A DNA stretch of 20,000 nucleotides from an uncultured virus (IMG/VR IMGVR_UViG_3300002773_000047) (taxonomy: Duplodnaviria; Heunggongvirae; Uroviricota; Caudoviricetes). The position numbers and the translations under genes are program-made. The stretch's first letter is position 1. Each line of letters begins with the position of its first letter. Below are positions 9,101 to 16,723 of this stretch, one piece after another. The notes below the pieces were generated by a model, which made no database searches, was not told the origin of the DNA, and saw only the letters and a list, made by a program, of their open reading frames with translations. The DNA is taken from IMG/VR virus record IMGVR_UViG_3300002773_000047; one strand, written 5' to 3'.

Positions 9101-12100
9101 TCTTCTCCAAGATCGTCACCGGCGACTGGGATGCCGTCATCATCGGCCATTCCAGCCTGAAGAGGATCGCGCTGCCGGCCGAGACAGAAAAGGCCGTGCT
9201 GGAAGAGCAGATTACCGAGTTGGCCGACAGCATCGGCGAAATGAAGCGCGCCCGCGGCGACCGGAATGTCGTGCGCGACATGGAGAGCATCAAGGCCCGT
9301 CTGGAAGCCCGCATGAAGCAGCGCGTGCAAGCCCTTGGCGAGCGCGACAAGGTAGTGACCTTCGACGAGCTCGGCGTCGATGCTTTCGCCATCGACGAGC
9401 TGCACGAGTTCAAGAACCTCTTCTACAACTCCACCATGGAGCGCGTGCCCGGCATGGGCAACCCCGGCGGCTCGGACAAGGCGTTCGACCTGTTCGTGAA
9501 GGCGCAGTACCTCTTCGACGCGCTGGGGGACAAGGCGCCGCTGATGGGCGCGACCGGCACGCCGGTTTCCAACAGCCTGGTGGAAATGTTCAATATGCAG
9601 CGGTTCCTGCAGTACCCGACGCTGAAGGCGCAGGGCCTGCACGTCTTCGACGCCTGGGCCAAGCAGTTCGGCAGCGTGGAATCGCTGTACGAGGTGTCGC
9701 CGTCTGGGACCGGCTACCGCCAGGCCTCGCGCTTCGCCAAGTTCAAGAACCTGCCGGCGCTGATGGGCATGTACCAGACCTTCGCCGACACGGTGACGCT
9801 GGACGATCTGAAGGCGCAAGAGGAAGCCCGAGGCCGCACATTCCCGGTGCCGCAGGTGGCCGGCGGCCGCCCGGTGAACGTGGTGGCGAAGCGCTCGCCG
9901 GAGGTGGCCAACTTCATGGGCGTGCCGCAACTGGACATCCAGGGCGGGCGAGTGCAGTTCGGGTTCAACCCGGCCGCTGGGGAGCGCGCAGTTATCGAGA
10001 AGGCCGAGGACGGCAACAGCTGGCGCGCCGAAACCCGCGTGCCGCAGCCCGACGAGAAGGAGATTCGGCAGCTGATCGGCTCGGCCAAGACCGAAGAGGA
10101 TGCCAAGCTGCTGGTGGTCGAAGCCGCCCTGTCGCCCAAGATCAAGGTGGACCCGAAGTCGATCCTCGGCCAGTTCGCCGACCTGAAGCGGCTGACGAAG
10201 GAAACGAAGGGGAAGGTCAACGCGCTGTCGCTGACCGGCCAAGCCAACAAGGCGGGCTTGGACTTCCGCCTGATCGACCCGTCGGCGCCCGACTTCGAGG
10301 GCTCGAAGATCAATCTCGCCGTCGACCGCATGCTGGGCACCTACCAGAAGTGGACCAGCGACCGAGGAACGCAACTGGTCTTCTGCGACCTGTCCGTGCC
10401 CCTCTCGGCACGCAGCGGCTTCGGCAGCAAGGAGCGGCGCGTGTACGTGCGAGACGACGGCGCCCTGGTGCACAAGAAGGGCACCATGCACACGGTTCGC
10501 GGCCACGAAGACTTGCCGTTCTTCGTGGTGAAGGAGGGCGGCAAGGACGCCAAGGCCTTCGCCATCTACGACGCCGCCACGGGCTTGCGCGTGCACACCG
10601 GCCTGCCGGCCAAGGGCATTGCGACCGACTGGGCGGCGCAGGCCCTGAACGACGACGGCCGCCGCCAGCGCTGGATCGACGCCCGCGACCGCATCGGCGA
10701 CCTCCAGCAGGACGAGATCGACGACTACAACAACGCCAACGAGATCGACACCGAGGAAACCGAATCGATCTCGCTGGCCGACATCGCAGGCATGTCGGGA
10801 GCCACCGCGTTCTCGGTGTACGACGACATCAAGGGCAAGTTGATGGCGCGCGGCGTGCCGGAGCGCGAAATCGCCTTCATCCACGACTACAACACGCCCG
10901 CAGCGAAGGACAAGCTGTTCAAGGCGGTGAATCGGGGCGACATCCGCTTCCTGCTGGGCTCCACGCCGAAGATGGGCGCCGGCACCAACGTGCAGGAGCG
11001 CCTGGTCGGGCTGCATCACATCGACGCGCCCTGGCGCCCGAGCGACCTGGAGCAACGCGAGGGCCGCATCATCCGCCGCGGCAATGCGCTCTATGCTCGT
11101 GACCCGGATGGTTTCGAGGTGGAAATCTACCGCTACGCCACCGAGCAGACCTACGACACCCGCCGGTGGCAGATCCTGGAGCACAAGGCTCGCGGCATCG
11201 AGCAGCTGCGTAAGTACGACGGCACCCTCAACGAGATCGACGACATCGAGGGGGAGGCCGCCAACGCGGCCGACATGAAGGCCGCCGCCTCGGGCGACCC
11301 GCTCATCCTGGAAGAAACACGGCTACGCAACGATGTGCGCCGCCTCGAATCACTGCAAGCCTCCCACGCGGACGAAACGGCTTCGATGGTGCGCCAGGCG
11401 CGCGACCAACAACGCTTCGCGCAAGACTGGGGCCCGAAGGAGCTGGAAACGTTCCGAGGTCTGCAGGCTGCCGCCGAGGCCAACCCGGTGCCCAAGGATG
11501 GCTTCGCTGGCCTGACCGTTGCCGGGAAGACGATCACCGACCGCGAAGCGGCTATCAAGGCCGTCAAGCGGGGCATCGATCGTGTGTTCGTAAGCGGCGG
11601 GCAGGAGGAGTTCCAGTACCGAGGCGTGACCTTCATGCTGGAAGGCACGCCCGACCACGTGGAGCTCAATTCGCCCACCGGTGGGCTGGATTCCTATCGG
11701 CCGGCCAGGGACGTGCTGCCGTCGGCGGCGGGCATCCTGACCCGCTTCGGCAACTACATCAACCGTCTCCCGGCGCACATCGTCGACCTCGATGCGAAGA
11801 TCACGGAAGCGAAGCAGGCGGCAGTGCAATTGCGCGAGCAGGCCGGCAAGCCATTCGCCCAGGCGAAGGAGCTGGAGTCAGCACGCGAGGCACATCGCCG
11901 GGTGCAGCGCCGGCTCGTGGCGAAGGGGCCGGACATCCCGCTGAACCAGCGACCCGCCCTGCAGAAGGCCATGGCCGAGCAGCGCCAGCAGCTCATCGAG
12001 CAGGGGTTCGGGGATACGCTCGAGGAGTTCGGCGGTGGCGCCGACGATGCGCAGTTCCGCCGGGACGGGACCGAAATGCTGTCGCCCGAGGCAGCCAGAG

Positions 12101-15100
12101 CCATGCGGGCGCTCCTGCCTAACTACTCGCCGCAGGCTCGCGCACAGGCTGTAGCGTCTGTGACCAAGACGGTGGAGGCGATCCGCGCAGGCTGGGGCAA
12201 CGGGCCCGAGGTGATCGTGGCGTTCGACATGGGTGACCCGGTTGTGCCCGAGGCGGCCCGCCGCGCGGACCTGAAGCAGCGCAGCGGCGGCGCACGGGGC
12301 GCTCCCGAGGGCTTCTACTACCGTGGCAAGGCCTACTTGATGGCCTCGCGGCTGCCCACGGCCAACGATGCGGCGCGCGTGCTCTTTCACGAAGTACTCG
12401 GCCACCACGGGCTGCGCGGCCAGTTCGGCAAGGGGCTGGACGACGTGCTGAACCAGATCGGCACCATGCGCCGCGCTGACGTGGACGCGAAGATCAAGGA
12501 ATACGGGCTGCGCGGCGTCAACAAGCTCGACCGGCGCGCCGCGGCGGAGGAAGTCCTGGCCGAAATGGCGCAGACACACCCCGAGCTGCACTTCGTGCGC
12601 CGCGCCATCGCCGCGATCCGCACCTGGCTGCGCCAGCACGTGCCGGGTTTCAGCAACCTGCGGATGACGGACGACGAGATCGTGCGCAACTTCATCCTGC
12701 CGGCTCGGCGCTTCGTTGAGCAGGGCGGCCCGGACGACGGGCCCGGCGACGGGCTGCGCTTCAGCCGTGGTGACGCAGGCCCCGCCTCGACCAACAGCCT
12801 CGATACCCCCATCGCCGCCAACGACGAAGGTGTAGCGAACTTCTGGCACTGGTACAGTGGGCAGGATGGAAGCCTCAAAGACACCCGAAGCAGCACGCAA
12901 GGATCTGGAGGAACTGCTGGCGGAGCTGCCGCCGGTGGGCCCGGCCGAGATGGCGGCGCACCTGGGCGACTCGGACCCGTTGATGCGCAAGGCCGCCCGC
13001 TCGTATTTTTCCACGGCACGCGAGACGACTTCACCGCGTTCGATACCGAGCACCCAAACCGAAAAGACGTAGGCTGGCTCGGCCGCGGCGTCTACGGTGC
13101 GAGCGACCCGGCGGACGCCAACTACTATGCCGGCGCCAAGCGCGGAGGCGGTGGGCAGCGCGTCATGCCGCTGTATTTCGCGGTCACGAACCCCTACGTT
13201 GCCACGCCGGAGATCAAGGCCCGGCTGAAGCGGGCCACGCAGGCCCAGGTCGATCGCTTCACGGCGAACCTGCGCGCGATGGGGCATGACGGCGTGACGC
13301 TCACTGTCGAAGATGGCTCGGTGGAGATCGTCGCGTTCGATCCCAGCCAGGTGAAATCGGCCATCGGCAACAGTGGGGCATTCGACGCTGGCACCTCGGA
13401 CATCCGGTTCAGCCGATCCACGGTGCAGGACTTCGCCAAGAAGGCCACCGCCGAGCTCAATAAGACTTTCAATGCGCCCGGCAAGTTGTCTTGGTGGCAC
13501 AAGACCGTGGGCACCATGTACAACCTCGCGGAGCGTTCGCCAGCCTTCAAGGCGGTGTTCGACTCAGCGCAAGGGTTCGTCGACGACGTGAGCTTCTACG
13601 CCAACGACGCGGCCGAACTGGCGCCCAAGCTGCTGCCGAAGCTGGAGACGTGGCGCGATATCAAGAAAGCGCCGGTGGCCGCGGCCGACAACGCCGCAGT
13701 GGCGAAGCCGGTCTTCGAAGGCACGCTGACCTGGGCGCGAGACGAACAGGGCATGCCGGTACCGGTGCAGTCGCTCATCGACGCGGCGGCCGAGCTGTCG
13801 GCCGACCAGAAGGCGCAGCGCCTGCTGCGAAACGGGCAGATCGACGAGCGCATGCTGAAGGCATGGCAGGGCATGCCAATGGAATCCTATGAGAAGGCCA
13901 TCAGCACGCGCTTCGAGTCGCGCATGCTGCAGCCGGGCGTCGTCTGGACCGATGCGGAGCTGCGCTCCATGTTCAAGCTCACGGACGACCAGATCGCGCT
14001 CTACCACGAGTTCCGCGAGACGACCGACCGAAGCCTGGACACGATGGCACGCGCCGACATGCTGCGTTTCGTGGGCGACGATGCCAAGGGCATGCGTGGC
14101 ATGGTGATGGATGCGCCGGACGCCCAAGCGGCGGCCGTGCTGCTGCGCGATCACCTGGTGCAGTTGGCCAACGAGCAGCCTGACCGCGCGACTCAGATCC
14201 TGAACACCGCCAACGGCATCATCGACCGAGCCGACAAGGTGCGCGAGCTGCAGGCCCGCGGGTATGCGCCGCTGTCGCGCTTCGGCCGCTACTCGGTCGA
14301 CGTGGTGGACGCTGCCGGGGAGCGGCAGTACTTCGGCCTGTTCGAGACGGCGCGCGAGGCCAACAACATGGCCGCCCAGATGCGGGAAGAGTTCGGCGAT
14401 GCCACCGTCACCCAAGGCACGCTCTCGGAGGAGGCCTTCAAGCTCTTCGCTGGCGTGACGCCCGAGACGCTGGAACTCTTCGGCAATGCCCTTGGCCTCG
14501 ATTCGACCGGCGAAAGCGCGCAGGACCAGGCTTTCCAGGAATACCTGCGGCTGACGAAGACCAACCGCAGCGCAATGCGGCGGCTGATCCATCGCAAGGG
14601 CATCGCCGGTTTCAGCGAAGACGTGGGCCGCGTGCTGGCTTCCTTCATCTACTCGAACGCGCGCCAGACGGCCGCCGGCCTGCACATGGGCGACCTCGGC
14701 GAGGCGGTGCAGGCCATCCCGAAGGAACAGGGCGAGCTGAAAGATGCCGCCGTGCGCCTGGCCGACTATGTGAAGAACCCGCAGGAGGAGGCGCAGGCGG
14801 TGCGCGGGCTGCTGTTCGCGCAGTACCTGGGCGGCTCGGTCGCGTCGGCGTTCGTGAACATGACCCAGCCTATCGCTGTGACGATGCCGTGGCTGAGCCA
14901 GTACGGCGGCGCGCGCGCCGCGGCCGCGCAGATCGGCCGGGCGGCCAAGAACATCGCCACGCGCGGCTTCGAGTACGAACCGGATCTCGCCGCGGCGCTC
15001 AAGCGCGCCGAGGACGAGGGCACCGTGAGCCCGCAGGAGGTGCATCAGCTGATGGCGCAGGCGCGCGGCGCGAGCTCCCTGCGCTCCGGCGACGGCACGC

Positions 15101-16293
15101 GCGGCGGCGAGCTGCGCGCGATGGGCCAGAACGCACTGTCGCGCCTGTCGCTGGCCTGGGGGAAGCTCTTCGGCGCCGCCGAGCAGGTGAACCGCCGCAT
15201 CACGTTCGTCGCGGCCTACCGCACGGCGAAGGCGCAGGGCATCGATGACCCGGCAGGGTTCGCTCGCAAGGCGATCACCGAAACGCAGTTCCTCTACTCG
15301 AAGGCGAACAAGATGGAGTGGGGCAGGGGGGCGATCGGCGGAACGCTGATGACCTTCAAGACCTACTCGGTGGCCTACCTCGAGCTGCTGCACCGCATGT
15401 ACACGCAGGGCGGGCCCGAGGGCAAGCGCGCCGCGCTGCTGGCGCTGGGCATGCTGATGCTGATGGGCGGCGCCGGCGGCCTGCCGTTCGAGGAAGACCT
15501 GGAGGATGCGGTCGACGCGCTGGCGCAGATGCTTGGCTACAACTTCTCGACGAAGAAGGCCCGCCAGGAATTCCTGGAGAGCCTGCTGCCGAAGTCGATC
15601 GCGCAGTTCATCGACAAGGGCGTGAGCGGTCTGCCCGGCGCGCCTCTGGACGTGTCGGGCCGCCTTGGCATGGGGAACCTCATCCCCGGCACCGGCCTGC
15701 TGCTGGAGAAGACCAGCCACGCGCGCGACCTGCTGGAGATCGCGGGCCCGGCCGGCGACTTCGCCAGCCGCATCCTCTCCGGCGGTCGCAGCATGCTCAC
15801 CGGCGACGTGGGCGCCGGACTGCTGGAAATGTCGCCCGCAGCGGTGCGCAACGCGGCCAAGGGCGTGGACATGGCCGCGACTGGCATGTACCGGGATGCC
15901 AAGGGCTACAAGGTGCTGGACACGAACACGCTGGAGGCGGCCCTCAAGGGCATCGGCTTCCAGCCGAACAGCGTGGCCACCATCCAGGAGGCGAACGGCA
16001 TCAACCAGGGCGCGAAGGCGTTCTACAACCTGCGTGCGCAGGAGATCCGGGCGCTGTGGGCACAGGGCATCTTCGAGGGCGATCAGCAGAAGGTGCAGGA
16101 AGCTCGCGACCAGGTGGCCGCGTGGAACCGGAAGAACCCCGAGCAGCCGATGCTGGTGCGCATCCCCGACGTGATGCGCCGGGTGCGCGAGATGCGCAAG
16201 TCCAAGGATGAGCGGATCGCCGATACCGCGCCGCGTGTGATGCGTGCTCAGATGCGGGAGGATCTGGCCCGGGCTCGAGCTTCTGAAGCCTGA
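3166..16293 (+). CDS. Giant (4375 aa) DarB-like polyvalent phage protein: Gly/Ala-rich N-terminus, pyrophosphatase-like domain, N6-adenine DNA methyltransferase, SNF2/SF2 helicase, HExxH metallopeptidase, ART-like domain, PLxRFG C-terminal region
   Basis: Uninterrupted ORF. HYGY...DGDHVDVF at ~5300-5780; MTase ILEPAVGTGNF (~6811) and NPPF (7015-7026); Walker A HVVGAGKT (8899-8922), DELH (9394-9405), ATGTP, PWRPSDLEQREGR (~11030); HEVLGH (12388-12405); VDAQGRPLVFFHGT...GRGVY (~12980-13100); PLSRFG (14269-14286). The MTase+SNF2 fusion is the architecture of phage P1 DarB. Confidence 0.92.
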   Translation: MAGETLKPFDGQLDTTPHNLTPFAGELDPPDAKRTVLGTAKDVGVTALKGAVGLPQSFVGLADIVTGGRAGKALEQAGVGFEETQKFLDDQYSDAQKAANRKVQAADGFVDTAKTMLENPSTIATSVGESIPQMLGGAGVARGLLKVAPKVAPAIAGAIGEGVLGAGSQAEQIRQETQDGLLTPKQAALSAATGAATAGFGALGGRLAQRLGIGDADTMLAQGAIHGAGPASQRSLARQVGAGILSEGVLEELPQSMSEQALQNLALDKPVGEGVGKAAAAGLLAGGAMGGGAALLHGATGQHAPNRAEPGSAERVPGEQLSLLPVDEAPAAAAANELPAVAGGLASVQRTFDPRDPASRPPLDVMPTAPTDGVEFEAAPQGAREFSTGNLSLADEAQPVRPSEKMGLDPAAGPLSTAAAMAVDGGAHDVMNAAAQLAAQTEAADGKGTKPAAASPAPASVPMANVNAETGEISGQPQDREAELRARLEFVRQQAASNGWDQRLIAERDSARAELAALAPAAAAPTSVQEGIAQARARRAAPESAPQPKGEALGTQADQAQQAGTQQAPAGTEAPAAEPIASATTLTPAPAAPAVSNAKREKAVRRVEEGRAWFLSRDKALSFVDTSGLADTHEVVPDNRRFVVQAKAEQPAQDAQPQTAAPADQLADLRRRRAEAEPGTPLRRDIDNDIAALEREQQQAVRRPEAVAPVDAAANEAATSPQNDLPEPSQAQKEAGNYKMGHLSGDEVQGLRISVENPHGSTRSGTSPDGTEWSNTMAAHYGYVKGSEAADGDHVDVFVGPAAATAPTVYVVDQINADGSYDEAKALMGFNSEAEALAAYKGSYNKGWKVGPVTAMSMDDFKAALADGRLKKPLSPTLSEPVRESSPAPAAQRATTMETARTALASYFDWYLSRNPKASRPMGGIYQGNSFTLDAGGAPFTKAGQVQVNGFKELTFNYTAAWKEAQSRAAAAAPAAAPIAATKAGDENGRNAGTVPTERLPAADQGSDARDAGAGDRDRQPVDARVAEAGEGADRGERVPAGAEGAGGGRAESVQRLRESAPGEARDSRAVRPERQSADAVADPATAEASPKPELDQSGDHTLDADDIGKGGLTKKYRDNIAAIRILKALASESRKATPEERKQIARYVGWGALKGVFDPQNKQWAKEFAELRELLTDAEYKAARASMLNAHYTAPVVVNGIYDALERMGFTAGRILEPAVGTGNFFGLMPASMRKRSQLHGVELDPLTSQIAAALYPSAKVARATAFQDFQAPSEYFDLAVGNPPFGSEPIVDDDRSPYSGFSIHNYFFAKSIDKLRPGGLLTMVVSHNFLDAKNEAARQWIADRANLVAAVRLPRTVFKENAGTDVVTDIVVLQKKTESERASGLGDAAWVKAGQQTLTNPKTGEATQHNVSSYFLTNPDAVLGTPAAAGGMYRLGEYTVEPSGDLAQQLKAWATALPEDLYQPVERTHEQEAADVVVPDGVKVGSFYVDDSGRVQMRGPDSLGNRTAEPWTPPNAKAAERMKGMVGLRDALRAQMRLERSPDSTDGQIEQHRRELNRLYDGFQSKYGYLNDPTNRRIFLDDTESALVLALEFDYDRGVSKAVAEREDIEPRAPKAIKADIFARRVMFPPADNIKVSNAKDALLASLNYKGRLDADYMATLYDKSPAQIVSELGDVVYADPVNGLVMADEYLSGDVKTKLAEAEAAARDDPALRRNVEALRKVIPADKRPSEIHAAMGAAFIPSELFQQFAKEVTGADARVTYLRATGQWLVDYTSQPNPALNTAKWGIGRMTAQNIFMRTMAGQGVVVTDTIRDPNGGTRTVVLEKETEAAREKQAAMKAEWQRWLWSDPERADRVAGIYNDKMNRIVVRRFDGSHMTFPGMSPAMELLPHQKDAVWRALQQRQILLDHVVGAGKTFEVVAAIMEMRRLGIARKPIVTVPNHLTLQWRSEFSRLYPAANVLAATPDDFTKGNREKFFSKIVTGDWDAVIIGHSSLKRIALPAETEKAVLEEQITELADSIGEMKRARGDRNVVRDMESIKARLEARMKQRVQALGERDKVVTFDELGVDAFAIDELHEFKNLFYNSTMERVPGMGNPGGSDKAFDLFVKAQYLFDALGDKAPLMGATGTPVSNSLVEMFNMQRFLQYPTLKAQGLHVFDAWAKQFGSVESLYEVSPSGTGYRQASRFAKFKNLPALMGMYQTFADTVTLDDLKAQEEARGRTFPVPQVAGGRPVNVVAKRSPEVANFMGVPQLDIQGGRVQFGFNPAAGERAVIEKAEDGNSWRAETRVPQPDEKEIRQLIGSAKTEEDAKLLVVEAALSPKIKVDPKSILGQFADLKRLTKETKGKVNALSLTGQANKAGLDFRLIDPSAPDFEGSKINLAVDRMLGTYQKWTSDRGTQLVFCDLSVPLSARSGFGSKERRVYVRDDGALVHKKGTMHTVRGHEDLPFFVVKEGGKDAKAFAIYDAATGLRVHTGLPAKGIATDWAAQALNDDGRRQRWIDARDRIGDLQQDEIDDYNNANEIDTEETESISLADIAGMSGATAFSVYDDIKGKLMARGVPEREIAFIHDYNTPAAKDKLFKAVNRGDIRFLLGSTPKMGAGTNVQERLVGLHHIDAPWRPSDLEQREGRIIRRGNALYARDPDGFEVEIYRYATEQTYDTRRWQILEHKARGIEQLRKYDGTLNEIDDIEGEAANAADMKAAASGDPLILEETRLRNDVRRLESLQASHADETASMVRQARDQQRFAQDWGPKELETFRGLQAAAEANPVPKDGFAGLTVAGKTITDREAAIKAVKRGIDRVFVSGGQEEFQYRGVTFMLEGTPDHVELNSPTGGLDSYRPARDVLPSAAGILTRFGNYINRLPAHIVDLDAKITEAKQAAVQLREQAGKPFAQAKELESAREAHRRVQRRLVAKGPDIPLNQRPALQKAMAEQRQQLIEQGFGDTLEEFGGGADDAQFRRDGTEMLSPEAARAMRALLPNYSPQARAQAVASVTKTVEAIRAGWGNGPEVIVAFDMGDPVVPEAARRADLKQRSGGARGAPEGFYYRGKAYLMASRLPTANDAARVLFHEVLGHHGLRGQFGKGLDDVLNQIGTMRRADVDAKIKEYGLRGVNKLDRRAAAEEVLAEMAQTHPELHFVRRAIAAIRTWLRQHVPGFSNLRMTDDEIVRNFILPARRFVEQGGPDDGPGDGLRFSRGDAGPASTNSLDTPIAANDEGVANFWHWYSGQDGSLKDTRSSTQGSGGTAGGAAAGGPGRDGGAPGRLGPVDAQGRPLVFFHGTRDDFTAFDTEHPNRKDVGWLGRGVYGASDPADANYYAGAKRGGGGQRVMPLYFAVTNPYVATPEIKARLKRATQAQVDRFTANLRAMGHDGVTLTVEDGSVEIVAFDPSQVKSAIGNSGAFDAGTSDIRFSRSTVQDFAKKATAELNKTFNAPGKLSWWHKTVGTMYNLAERSPAFKAVFDSAQGFVDDVSFYANDAAELAPKLLPKLETWRDIKKAPVAAADNAAVAKPVFEGTLTWARDEQGMPVPVQSLIDAAAELSADQKAQRLLRNGQIDERMLKAWQGMPMESYEKAISTRFESRMLQPGVVWTDAELRSMFKLTDDQIALYHEFRETTDRSLDTMARADMLRFVGDDAKGMRGMVMDAPDAQAAAVLLRDHLVQLANEQPDRATQILNTANGIIDRADKVRELQARGYAPLSRFGRYSVDVVDAAGERQYFGLFETAREANNMAAQMREEFGDATVTQGTLSEEAFKLFAGVTPETLELFGNALGLDSTGESAQDQAFQEYLRLTKTNRSAMRRLIHRKGIAGFSEDVGRVLASFIYSNARQTAAGLHMGDLGEAVQAIPKEQGELKDAAVRLADYVKNPQEEAQAVRGLLFAQYLGGSVASAFVNMTQPIAVTMPWLSQYGGARAAAAQIGRAAKNIATRGFEYEPDLAAALKRAEDEGTVSPQEVHQLMAQARGASSLRSGDGTRGGELRAMGQNALSRLSLAWGKLFGAAEQVNRRITFVAAYRTAKAQGIDDPAGFARKAITETQFLYSKANKMEWGRGAIGGTLMTFKTYSVAYLELLHRMYTQGGPEGKRAALLALGMLMLMGGAGGLPFEEDLEDAVDALAQMLGYNFSTKKARQEFLESLLPKSIAQFIDKGVSGLPGAPLDVSGRLGMGNLIPGTGLLLEKTSHARDLLEIAGPAGDFASRILSGGRSMLTGDVGAGLLEMSPAAVRNAAKGVDMAATGMYRDAKGYKVLDTNTLEAALKGIGFQPNSVATIQEANGINQGAKAFYNLRAQEIRALWAQGIFEGDQQKVQEARDQVAAWNRKNPEQPMLVRIPDVMRRVREMRKSKDERIADTAPRVMRAQMREDLARARASEA
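4823..4924 (+). CDS. Putative nested small basic peptide (33 aa, MALKPTKPSKQARNKRRQEQKRQQLSQSRPPQR) in the +1 frame of the giant gene
   Basis: AAAGGAG at 4810-4816, 6-nt spacer, TTG start; nested codons mostly G/C-ending while the giant frame here uses many CAA/GCA/GGA/ACA codons. Confidence 0.45.
   Translation: MALKPTKPSKQARNKRRQEQKRQQLSQSRPPQR
6128..6409 (+). CDS. Nested hypothetical protein (93 aa, MDEMQELYRPNDYPPPIKEAM...GLSDSPPTL) in the +1 frame of the giant gene
   Basis: AGGAG at 6117-6121, 6-nt spacer, ATG; by hand count 85 of 93 codons end in G/C; globular helical-looking sequence, while the giant frame is a low-complexity G/R/D/A linker with rare codons (CTA, CGA, GGA). Confidence 0.8.
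   Translation: MDEMQELYRPNDYPPPIKEAMRAMPALATEIANRWMLGWPKRVKALIEASEFLPALKEQEEAERRAYSDSGNRHLARHEIAELYGLSDSPPTL
12850..12858 (+). promoter_or_regulatory. Putative internal extended -10 promoter (TGGTACAGT)
   Basis: TGn-TACAGT matches the extended -10 pattern; the ATG of a nested ORF begins 8 nt after it (12866). Confidence 0.4.
12866..13072 (+). CDS. Nested hypothetical protein (68 aa, MEASKTPEAARKDLEELLAELPPVGPAEMAAHLGDSDPLMRKAARSYF...) in the +1 frame of the giant gene
   Basis: Amphipathic helical sequence; core codons almost all G/C-ending; giant frame reads as a 39-aa Gly-rich insert (QDGS...RLGP) between NFWHWYSG and VDAQGRPLVFFHGT; upstream extended -10. Confidence 0.55.
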   Translation: MEASKTPEAARKDLEELLAELPPVGPAEMAAHLGDSDPLMRKAARSYFSTARETTSPRSIPSTQTEKT

Positions 16294-16294
16294 A

Positions 16295-16660
16295 TCAGCC
16301 GGGGAAGCCGTTGTCGCGGAGCACCTGACGGCCCGGCGTGGTCATGGCCAGATTCCCGTTTTTGTCACGAGCGATCCAACCAGCCATCTCGAAGCCTTGG
16401 ATCGCTTCCCCAGTGACCTGTCGGGTCTTTTGGTTCCAGTGGTGCAGTGCCTCTATGAGTGGCGAGATTTGTCTCGCAGGGGGTTGGGGTTTGTAGTCCG
16501 CAAGATCGGGGAGTTCATCGATCGGTGGCTTGCATCCACGCTGGATATAAATGTGGGGATCGAGGGCGTAATTGCCGCCGGCCGTATCGACAACCTGCAC
16601 ATTGACGATCGTTCCGTCTTTCAGCCTCTGGACGTAGAGGCCGGTGTAGCTGCTGCTCAT
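16295..16660 (-). CDS. Hypothetical protein, 121 aa (accessory/moron gene)
   Basis: ATG at 16660 preceded by AGGAG; fills the gap between the giant gene and lysis cassette; lower GC than flanks; plausible two-domain protein, the C-terminal part weakly resembling a winged helix (GWIARDKNGNLAMTTPGRQVL). Confidence 0.7.
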   Translation of the reverse strand: MSSSYTGLYVQRLKDGTIVNVQVVDTAGGNYALDPHIYIQRGCKPPIDELPDLADYKPQPPARQISPLIEALHHWNQKTRQVTGEAIQGFEMAGWIARDKNGNLAMTTPGRQVLRDNGFPG

Positions 16661-16723
16661 GCGCTGTCTCCTGTAGGGCTTCCAGTGTCCCACATGGCGG
16701 ACGCTTTCTGGTTGCGTACCAAC

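Noticed and set aside
8862..11102. 746-aa same-strand alternative-frame ORF inside the helicase region
   Set aside because: Arg/Gly/Pro-rich composition typical of the +2 frame in GC-rich genes; codon bias stays in the main frame, unlike the three nested +1 ORFs.
1813..15720. Very long minus-strand ORFs (e.g. 1813-3843, 3868-5547, 6163-7827, 8407-11184, 11878-13500, 13564-15720)
   Set aside because: Antisense shadows of a high-GC3 gene; no recognisable motifs or start signals.
16668..16685. CTCCTGTAGGGCTTCCAG as a fourth copy of the promoter motif
   Set aside because: Lacks TTCGAC and the downstream GAANNNT; CTCCT is explained as the minus-strand Shine-Dalgarno of the 121-aa gene.
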